Below are positions 55,283 to 62,935 of a stretch of 64,000 nt of DNA, in pieces; within the stretch, counting starts at the first letter, position 1, and every line of letters begins with the position of its first letter. The translations under genes and the position numbers were made by a program. Source of the stretch: Candidatus Marinacidobacterales bacterium (GTDB lineage Bacteria; Acidobacteriota; Vicinamibacteria; Marinacidobacterales; DATDRI01); assembly GCA_965226495.1 (NCBI GenBank), contig OZ245365.1, positions 416,001-480,000 of the forward strand. Reading direction: 5' to 3'. The notes beneath the pieces are model-generated. The model was not told the DNA's origin, made no database searches, and saw only the letters and a list, made by a program, of their open reading frames with translations.

Positions 55283-56029
55283 TTAGGCCGTGGCCTCAGG
55301 CGGAGCGCGGGGGGTAAACCACCTGGCGAGGAAAACCTGCCGATGTTCGGTTTCGGCGGATCGGTGGCCGGTCGATTCGGGGAGGAGCAGATTTGTGATC
55401 CGCCGTGCTAACGAAGCGAGACATCCCCATCGCGAGCGGGTGAGAAAGCGAGTCAGCCCGCGTCGGTCGTCGATATCTTCGAGCGAGGAAAGTGTCTCGA
55501 CCACGAAACCACTTCCGACGAGGCGCGCTTGCGTGAGCTGCGCAACCTGCGAAGATCCCCACGGCATGGACTCGAATGCTTCGGGGCAAGGTGTCGTAAG
55601 TCCGAGCAGGGCGTATCCGCCGTCCTTGGCCGGACCGAGCACCGCCGCGCGAGGGCCAGATGAGGCAAGGGCGTCGAACGCGTTTCCCAGGTAACGTCGC
55701 GAGATCTCCGGAGAATCGTTGCCAATTACCACGACGCGGCGGTAGCCCAGCGAAAAGGCGTCGTCGACTGCCAGTCGTAACGACTCGCCGAAGCTCCGGC
55801 CTCGCTGTGGGAGGACGTTCCGCCGCCGGTTTTCAGCAAGCTCTGAAGACAGCGGGGTGGCGATGAGGAGATCCACGTCCTGGAGCCCACCGCAAACGTT
55901 CTCCAAGTGGTCGAGAAGAACCGCGAACACGTCGGCGGCTCGCTCCGGCCTTCCTAGGCCGAGCGACTTCCTACGACCCTCCGCTTCGGGAGACAGCGTA
56001 AACAGAATGAGTGCGGATTCGGATCCCAT
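55283..56029 (-). CDS. DUF2064/TIGR04282-like GT-A (glycosyl/nucleotidyltransferase) protein with C-terminal RAPP motif
   Basis: PQRGRSFGESL, VVVIGNDSP, LGPAKDGGYALLG, MPWGS, LEDIDD; tail ...FTPRAPPEATA*. Confidence 0.85.
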   Translation of the reverse strand: MGSESALILFTLSPEAEGRRKSLGLGRPERAADVFAVLLDHLENVCGGLQDVDLLIATPLSSELAENRRRNVLPQRGRSFGESLRLAVDDAFSLGYRRVVVIGNDSPEISRRYLGNAFDALASSGPRAAVLGPAKDGGYALLGLTTPCPEAFESMPWGSSQVAQLTQARLVGSGFVVETLSSLEDIDDRRGLTRFLTRSRWGCLASLARRITNLLLPESTGHRSAETEHRQVFLARWFTPRAPPEATA

Positions 56030-56257
56030 CGTTCGCAATCTACAAGGAGAGCATGCTTCGGTCTATGGAAAGGCTCACACCCGGCGCAGAAAGACCTGCA
56101 CCCACCATTCTTATCACTGGCCGCTAGGGGGGTCAACGAGAAGCTCCCAAACGAGGCCGTGCCAGTCCCAAGGTGGTCGGGGGCCCCAACTCGCCTTTGG
56201 AAAATAGGGCGCTACGGAATATGCTGTGGCGAACGCAATAGGGAGAAAGAAGCATAG

Positions 56258-57049
56258 ATGCCCCCAATAACCAATCGGGAGTTCCTCGATTTCGCCATGG
56301 ATGCCGCCTGGCAGGCCGGTCAGTTCACGCTCGCGCACTTCCAAACCGGAGTCGACGTTGAATGGAAAGTGGATGAATCCCCTGTCACAGCCGCCGATCA
56401 GGGGGCAGAGAGGCTGATCCGAGAGCTCATTGCTCGCCGTTTCCCGGGTCACGCTGTTTTGGGCGAGGAGTTCGGTGAGGCGGATACAGACTCGTCGCAT
56501 CGCTGGATCATCGACCCCATTGACGGCACCCAGTCCTTCATCCGAGGGGTTCCTCTCTATGGAGTGCTGATCGGGCTCGAGGTAGCCGGAGACGTCATCG
56601 TTGGTGTGACTCACTTTCCGGGGCTTCAAGAGACGATCGCCGCCGCCAAAGGCGAAGGGTGCCGATGGAATGGCCGGGTTGCAAGGGTCTCTCGTGTATC
56701 GCGCCTCGAAGAGGCTTTGGTTGTTCATACCGAGGTGACGACCCTCGAAGACGAGCGTACCCGCGCCTCCTGGAATCGCATCAAGGCGGCGTCGCGCCTC
56801 CAACGCGGCTGGAGTGACTGCTACGGCCATTGTTTGGTTGCGACGGGAAGAGCGGAGGTGATGCTCGATCCGCTCATGAAGCCTTGGGACTGTGCTGCTC
56901 TCGTGCCCATTCTCGAAGAAGCGGGTGGTACGTTTACCGACTGGGATGGTAAGTCGACCATATACGGCGGCGACGCCATCAGCACCAACGGTTTGCTCTT
57001 CGATCAGGTGAAGAAGATGCTGGAGCAGACTTCGGTCTCTTCAGTGTAA
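56258..57049 (+). CDS. hisN: Histidinol-phosphate phosphatase (inositol monophosphatase family)
   Basis: SPVTAAD, GEEFG, WIIDPIDGT, WDCAAL. Confidence 0.8.
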   Translation: MPPITNREFLDFAMDAAWQAGQFTLAHFQTGVDVEWKVDESPVTAADQGAERLIRELIARRFPGHAVLGEEFGEADTDSSHRWIIDPIDGTQSFIRGVPLYGVLIGLEVAGDVIVGVTHFPGLQETIAAAKGEGCRWNGRVARVSRVSRLEEALVVHTEVTTLEDERTRASWNRIKAASRLQRGWSDCYGHCLVATGRAEVMLDPLMKPWDCAALVPILEEAGGTFTDWDGKSTIYGGDAISTNGLLFDQVKKMLEQTSVSSV

Positions 57050-57074
57050 CCCTCCGTCGGCCGCACAGACCTCG

Positions 57075-58715
57075 ATGCGAATCTCGAAGTGGATCTGGAC
57101 GCTCGTCGGCCTAGGCCTGATCTCGACCTTGGTCTTCTTCTGGGTTTTTGGAGAGGAAGTGGCCAACAGGCGCGCCCGCGCCCGCTACCCCCACGTCGTT
57201 CTTATCACGATCGATACTCTCCACGTCCTCGAGACCGGGGTATACAATCCCAAGAACCAGTCGACTCCAAATCTCGTCGACTTCGCGCGCAAGGGAGTAG
57301 TCTTTCAACACGCCTACACCCCGGTGCCGATTACTCTGCCTTCCCACACCGACCTCATGACCGGTATGTCGCCCCTCGACCACAGCGTCATGGCCAACGG
57401 AGACGCTGTGCCTCAAGGGCTCACGACGCTGGCAGAAATTTTCAAAGGTGCCGGCTATCGCACCGCCGCGTTCGTTTCGCTGGGAGTGCTGATGCAGGCC
57501 TTTCAACTCAATCAAGGCTTCGATACCTATTTCGATCCCTTCGGAGACCGGCAGGGCAGATGGTACCGGCGGGCCGACGAATTGTTCGAGCCGGTCAGCG
57601 AGTGGGTCACTCAAAATTACCGAGAACCGTTTTTCATGTGGGTTCATTTCTCAGATCCACACGAACCCTACCTGGTCAAAGATGCCCCGCCCGATACCCG
57701 GTTAACTCTGGACGGCGAATTGGTCGGTGAATGGACGCTTGCCAGCCGCGCCCACGTTTCAACGGCGGTCGATCTTCCCCCGGGACGCCACGTGCTGAAG
57801 TGGGCATCATTGCGCCAACCGCGGCCCGATGATCTTCGTAGGACCGGCATCAAAATGAATCTCTTTGGACAAAACGTCTTGGCCGAGTTGACCGACACGA
57901 AGCTGCCGCAGTCGAGTGACGATATTGGCCTCGATCCTTTCTGGAGTCTCGAGATCGAGAATCGCGAAAACGATACGGTCGAGTTGGAGCTCGGTTTTCG
58001 CGGAAGACTGATGAAGCCGCCGGCCTCTGAAGTCTTGGAGGCTTACCCCAAAGAGGTTGCGTGGACGGACAAGCACGTCGGCAAGGTGCGCGAGCTCTTG
58101 GAGTCTCTCGGAATCGAGGACCGTACTCTGTGGGTGATTGTCTCCGACCATGGCGAGGGACTATATCGTCGCGGGTATCTCGGGCACGCGGCCTACGTGT
58201 TCGAAGATCAGCTTCGAATTCTTTGGCAGATGCGCGGGCCGGGCGTCCCGCAGGGCAAAGTCGTAGACGATACCAGAGTCATGATGATGGATGTCGGGCC
58301 TACCCTACTCGATCTGATCGGACTTCCGATTCCGAGGGGATTCGAGGGAAACTCCCTGGTCGAGTGCTGGGACGGCGGCAGGTGCCCGGAGCGTCGGGAA
58401 TGGTGGGCCTACGGGCTCAAACACGGAAACAACCGCTTGGCGGCCGCGGCGGGCTACAGCTGGCCATATAAGTGGATTTGGAAACGAGAAGTAGGGAAGA
58501 CCGCCTTCGACATTGGCAACGATCCTTGGGAGGAGAAGGATCTCCTTGGGCCGCCTCCCCATCCGCGAGAGCTCGTCGATCTTTCTCGGGAGTTCAAGGA
58601 TTGGAGACCAAAGCTCGCCTTCCGCCTGAACCACCGGCAGCGAGTGGCTGGGCACCCGGAGCAGCTCGAGATGCTCAAGGCGCTGGGCTACATCGGCACG
58701 GGCGCGGAGCAGTAG
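57075..58715 (+). CDS. Membrane-anchored sulfatase-like protein
   Basis: LITIDTL, TLPSH...MTG, DPHEPY, SDHGE, LKALGYI. Confidence 0.85.
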   Translation: MRISKWIWTLVGLGLISTLVFFWVFGEEVANRRARARYPHVVLITIDTLHVLETGVYNPKNQSTPNLVDFARKGVVFQHAYTPVPITLPSHTDLMTGMSPLDHSVMANGDAVPQGLTTLAEIFKGAGYRTAAFVSLGVLMQAFQLNQGFDTYFDPFGDRQGRWYRRADELFEPVSEWVTQNYREPFFMWVHFSDPHEPYLVKDAPPDTRLTLDGELVGEWTLASRAHVSTAVDLPPGRHVLKWASLRQPRPDDLRRTGIKMNLFGQNVLAELTDTKLPQSSDDIGLDPFWSLEIENRENDTVELELGFRGRLMKPPASEVLEAYPKEVAWTDKHVGKVRELLESLGIEDRTLWVIVSDHGEGLYRRGYLGHAAYVFEDQLRILWQMRGPGVPQGKVVDDTRVMMMDVGPTLLDLIGLPIPRGFEGNSLVECWDGGRCPERREWWAYGLKHGNNRLAAAAGYSWPYKWIWKREVGKTAFDIGNDPWEEKDLLGPPPHPRELVDLSREFKDWRPKLAFRLNHRQRVAGHPEQLEMLKALGYIGTGAEQ

Positions 58716-58751
58716 TAGCGTTCTTCCTCCCGGCCGGCGGGCTCCGACCCG

Positions 58752-58793
58752 TCAGTGCGCGCGGGGCGGCCCCGCCTTCGCAGCTGAGGGCTC
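58752..58793. repeat. Partial copy of the CAGCTGAGGGCTC repeat
   Basis: 13-bp exact motif at 58781-58793 preceded by a GC hairpin. Confidence 0.55.
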
Positions 58794-58978
58794 TTTTACC
58801 GCAGAAGTTGGGTTTCCCCTACAGTCGTGTCGTTCCTGCCTCGTGGGTAGGTGAGGCTTGATCAACAAGCCCAATGGAAATAGTAGTTTATGGGGCAAGC
58901 CCCGACGGCCGCGTTCTTCGACTCTGAGGGCGTTCTCGGCATCATTCTTGTATTCCCAGCTAGGGGGAGAAGCGTACT

Positions 58979-60379
58979 TTGTTGCTGACGACGTCGGTCA
59001 TCGTGATTGCGTTAGGCTTGAGCCTCGGCCTGTTCTACATCATCACCCGCTACATGAGCCTCCGCACCGAGTTCGAACGAGTCAGCTCCGAAGTAGATGC
59101 CCTCACACAACAGAAAGCAGAGCTTCTCCAGGGATTGGAGCGACAGCAGTTCCTAGGCCGTTTCGTACGCGAGCTCCCGCTGCTCACCGAGCAACTTCAC
59201 AGTCGGGTCAAAGTGCGCCGAATCCCCGGCATCCTGCTGCAGGTCGTGATCCGAAGCTTGGAGCCCCGGCAGGCAGTGGTCTTGCTGCGCCGCCGCCGCT
59301 CGGAGTCCGAGCCCGAGAGAGCCGGACGTCTGACCGTGGCGGCTGTGCATCCTACGACCTCTCCTATCAAGCCTGGGTTTCAGATCAACATCGGGGACGG
59401 GGAGCTGGGCTTCGTTGCCGAGGCGCAGCTTACGATGAGTCGTGAGGATTTCGAACGAGAAACGTCCCTCAACCGGCAGAAGATCAAGGGAACAGACCTG
59501 CCCGGTTTCAAGCCCGACATGGCGGCCCCCATGGTTTTCGACGAGAAGACTGTCGGCGTGATCGCGATCTCCGGTTCGCCGTATCAGGGAATCGTTGCCA
59601 AGAAGGCCATGTGGATCGTCGCGCAGATCGGAGCGGTGGCCATGCATAACGTCGCCGCCTACAGCGAGATGAAAATCACCGCCGATATGGATGGCCTCAC
59701 TGGTATCTACAACAAACGCCACCTAGTCGGGGCACTCGGCGAAAAAATCTACCAGGCGCAGAAAGAATTGACGAACCTTTCCGTCTTCCTGTTCGACATA
59801 GACAACTTCAAGAACTACAACGACGTCAATGGTCACGTCGCCGGCGACAAGCTTTTGAAAGAGTTGGCGAGCCTGGTGAAGGACAACATCAGGGAAGAGA
59901 GCATCTTCGGTCGTTTCGGCGGTGAGGAATTCTTGGTCATTCTGCCGGGCTCTTCCAACACGGAGGCGCTCCGCGTCGCCGAGAAGCTCCGCACGCTCAT
60001 CGCCCAGCACGACTTCCCCTTCGCGGCGAAGCAGCCTCTGGGTGTCTTGAGTATTAGTGGGGGCGTGGCTACTTATCCCGGTGATGCCCTGGACAGCACC
60101 AGCCTGCTCCGAACCGCGGACGAAGCTCTCTACGCGGCCAAGGATCAGGGGCGGAATCGGGTTCTCCCGCCTCAGACCAAATACATTTGTGAGAGCCGGC
60201 CGCCAAGTGGTCAGTTCCCTGTGCCCCAGGATCTCCGACCCGCGGAGCCTCCCGAATCCCAGCCGGCGGTGATGGCCACCGAGCCTCCGAGTTTGGCGCC
60301 GCCGCAGCCCCCACAGAACGTTCGCTACGACAGGACGATCATCGGCACACGCATTTCGATTCCTGACGAAGAGCCGTAG
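58979..60379 (+). CDS. Diguanylate cyclase (TM-coiled coil-GAF-GGDEF)
   Basis: DGLTG, DIDNFKNYND, GRFGGEEF, ADEALYAAK; REES at the I-site position. Confidence 0.92.
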   Translation: MLLTTSVIVIALGLSLGLFYIITRYMSLRTEFERVSSEVDALTQQKAELLQGLERQQFLGRFVRELPLLTEQLHSRVKVRRIPGILLQVVIRSLEPRQAVVLLRRRRSESEPERAGRLTVAAVHPTTSPIKPGFQINIGDGELGFVAEAQLTMSREDFERETSLNRQKIKGTDLPGFKPDMAAPMVFDEKTVGVIAISGSPYQGIVAKKAMWIVAQIGAVAMHNVAAYSEMKITADMDGLTGIYNKRHLVGALGEKIYQAQKELTNLSVFLFDIDNFKNYNDVNGHVAGDKLLKELASLVKDNIREESIFGRFGGEEFLVILPGSSNTEALRVAEKLRTLIAQHDFPFAAKQPLGVLSISGGVATYPGDALDSTSLLRTADEALYAAKDQGRNRVLPPQTKYICESRPPSGQFPVPQDLRPAEPPESQPAVMATEPPSLAPPQPPQNVRYDRTIIGTRISIPDEEP

Positions 60380-60435
60380 GCTGAAAGCTTAGGCTTGCTC
60401 TAGGGCTTCAATCAGTGCGCCCTCACTCTTCGTTT

Positions 60436-60533
60436 AGTGGCACGAGGCCCCACCCCCACGCCCGTGGGCTCACGGCTGCGTTCGTTCGCTAGCCGCGACG
60501 CGGCTTTCGCGGCTGCGCGGCAGCTGAGGGCTC
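60436..60533. repeat. Copy of the structured REP-like element overlapping the add 3' end
   Basis: GGCCCCACCCCCA ... GCTAGCCGCG..CGCGGCAGCTGAGGGCTC. Confidence 0.7.
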
Positions 60534-61517
60534 CCGCAACTGTTCCATTAATTCGCTCTTCGTCGCTTCATCGCACCAAGCCGAGCGGATACCGTTTGCG
60601 ATGAGCGTCTTGACGTCTTCCAGCTCGAAGCCGAAAGTCTCCATTAGTTGCGTGAACTCTGTCTCCAGACTGGTTTCGAACATCTTGGGGTCGTCCGTGT
60701 TGATGGAGACCAAGAGTCCCTTCTCGAAGTATTTCTGGATGGGATGGCTTTCCAGATTCTGCACAACACCCGTCCGGACGTTAGAGATGGGGCAGATCTC
60801 GAGGGGAATCTGCCGTTCCTTCAGATGCTCGACCAGCTTGGCATCTTCGATGGCACGGGTGCCGTGTCCGATTCGCTCGATGCGGAGTGTCTGGAGCGCC
60901 CCCCAGATGCTTTCGGGGCCGGCTGCTTCCCCGGCATGTGCCGTGGTGTGGAAGCCGAGGTCCCTCGCCCTTTCGTAGACGTCGCGATACGGCTCGGGCG
61001 GAAATCGTTGCTCCGAGCCTCCGATTCCGATCCCGATGACTCCCAACTCTTGCACCTCGGCGACTTCCTCGAGCGACCTCGCTCCGATCTCTGGACCGAA
61101 ATCGCGGTTGAGATCCGCGATGAGCTTCACCGTGACCCGATCGGCGTGCTCATCGAGCCCCTTCCTTAGCGCCTCCGTGATCCGTTGCGGCTTCAGCCCA
61201 TGCTCTGCGAAGTCGCCCGGCGTGTAGAAGGCCTCCACGTAGCGAATGTTTTGCGCCACCAAGTCGGCTGCGATACGGTCGGCGAAGAAAGTGAAATCGT
61301 CGTACTCCCGCAGAAAGCCGTTTTTCCATATCCACGTTTCGATGAATTGCGGGAAATCTTTGTATTGGAATCTCGCCTGGAGGTCGGACATTCCTCCGAC
61401 TTCGGAGTCCTTGCCATATTTCTTGATCAGCTCCCAAAGGCAATCGTGTGGGATCGCCCCTTCAAGATGCAGATGGAGCTCGACCTTGGGTAACTTCCGC
61501 AGCGCTTCCGTACTCAC
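60489..61517 (-). CDS. add: Adenosine deaminase family protein
   Basis: LPKVELHLHLEG, AHAGE, RIGHG, CPISN, NTDDP. Confidence 0.92.
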   Translation of the reverse strand: MSTEALRKLPKVELHLHLEGAIPHDCLWELIKKYGKDSEVGGMSDLQARFQYKDFPQFIETWIWKNGFLREYDDFTFFADRIAADLVAQNIRYVEAFYTPGDFAEHGLKPQRITEALRKGLDEHADRVTVKLIADLNRDFGPEIGARSLEEVAEVQELGVIGIGIGGSEQRFPPEPYRDVYERARDLGFHTTAHAGEAAGPESIWGALQTLRIERIGHGTRAIEDAKLVEHLKERQIPLEICPISNVRTGVVQNLESHPIQKYFEKGLLVSINTDDPKMFETSLETEFTQLMETFGFELEDVKTLIANGIRSAWCDEATKSELMEQLREPSAAAQPRKPRRG

Positions 61518-62935
61518 CGGTCGTTTCCTTCAAGGCTCTGGAGGATGCGTGCTTGGAGCTCTCGCGCCTTGGCCATGACTTCGTCGACGTCGACGGTCGT
61601 CACCTTTCCGTCACGGACCACGAAAGCCCCTCCGACCAATACGGTTCCTACGTGACCCCCCTTAATGATGTAAACGAGGTGGGAGTAGACATCGTAGAGT
61701 GGAGTCAGCTCCGGCACGTTGGCATCGATGAGCACGATGTCGGCCAACTTGCCGGGCTCGATCGACCCGACCGACTTCTCGAGGCCGAGAGCCTTTGCTC
61801 CACCCAGCGTGGCCAGCTCGAAGACTTTTTTCGCCGACATCACCGTCGGATCCTCTTTGGTGAGCTTGTGAAGCTTCGCTGCGGTATCCATCTCCTCGAA
61901 CATGTCGAGATTGTTGTTGCTGGCCGGCCCGTCGGTCCCTAGACCCACGGTCACACCGGCGGCGATCAGATCGGGAACGCGGGCCACTCCCGAGGCGGTC
62001 TTCATGTTGCTTTCGGGGTTGTGGGATGTGGCTGCTCCGCCTCGAGCGATTCGCTCGATGTCTTCATCGGACAACCAGATCGAGTGGTGCAAGATGACGC
62101 CGGGAGACAAAATCCCCGCATCATCGAGGGCGGCGATCGTTTCCTTGCCCAATTGCTCCTTGACCGTCTGATTCTCCGTCGGCGCTTCCACCGCGTGGAT
62201 CTGAAAAGGGACTTCGTAACGTTGGGCAAGCTGGTAGGCACTCTCGACGACTTCCAGAGACGTTGTATAGAGGGCGTGTGGTGCAACCGACGGAGTCACG
62301 CGCGGGTGGTCTTTATATTGTTTGATGAATTCCTCGGTGCCCACCAACGCCTCTTCGGGCGTTGGGTAATCCGGCGCCGGAAAGCCGATAATGGTCTGAC
62401 CGAGCACGCCTCGCAGCCCTGCCTCGTTGGTGGCTCTGGCCACCTCCTCTTCGAAGTAGTACTGGTCGGTAAAGGTCGTCGTTCCGCTTCGTGCCATTTC
62501 AATGCACCCGAGAAGGCTTCCCCAGTAGACGAACTCCGGCGAGACGTTCTTCCCCTCGGCCGGGAAGATGTAGCCCTCGAGCCATTCCATCAGCCTGAGA
62601 TCGTCGGCGATGCCTCGCAGCAACGTCATGGGGATGTGACCGTGCGTATTGACCAGGCCCGGAATCACGAGATGCCCGTTGGCGTCTATGGTCTCGCGCG
62701 CCGGAGGAATCGGTTCACCGGCTTCGAGCACGGCTTCAATCGTCTCGCCACGAACGACGACCGCGCCCCCTTCTAGGATTCGTCTCCCCGGGTCCATGGT
62801 GACCACGGTCCCTCCCCGTATAACGATGTCCGCGATGTCCGCGTTGTCGGCCCCTCCGGCGGGCGTGTCCGCTGGCGGAGTTTGGCAAGTAGACAGCAAG
62901 AATAAGCACCAAATACCAATTAGAATTTTTCTCAT
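61514..62935 (-). CDS. MTA/SAH deaminase-like amidohydrolase with N-terminal signal peptide
   Basis: PGLVNTHGH, APHALYT, IHAVE, HNPESNMK, GTDGPASNN. Confidence 0.88.
   Translation of the reverse strand: MRKILIGIWCLFLLSTCQTPPADTPAGGADNADIADIVIRGGTVVTMDPGRRILEGGAVVVRGETIEAVLEAGEPIPPARETIDANGHLVIPGLVNTHGHIPMTLLRGIADDLRLMEWLEGYIFPAEGKNVSPEFVYWGSLLGCIEMARSGTTTFTDQYYFEEEVARATNEAGLRGVLGQTIIGFPAPDYPTPEEALVGTEEFIKQYKDHPRVTPSVAPHALYTTSLEVVESAYQLAQRYEVPFQIHAVEAPTENQTVKEQLGKETIAALDDAGILSPGVILHHSIWLSDEDIERIARGGAATSHNPESNMKTASGVARVPDLIAAGVTVGLGTDGPASNNNLDMFEEMDTAAKLHKLTKEDPTVMSAKKVFELATLGGAKALGLEKSVGSIEPGKLADIVLIDANVPELTPLYDVYSHLVYIIKGGHVGTVLVGGAFVVRDGKVTTVDVDEVMAKARELQARILQSLEGNDR

Noticed and set aside
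56258-57049. Inositol-monophosphatase-family gene as part of the arsenic-like cluster
   Set aside because: It is divergently transcribed and has typical HisN features; nothing in the sequence links it to the cluster.
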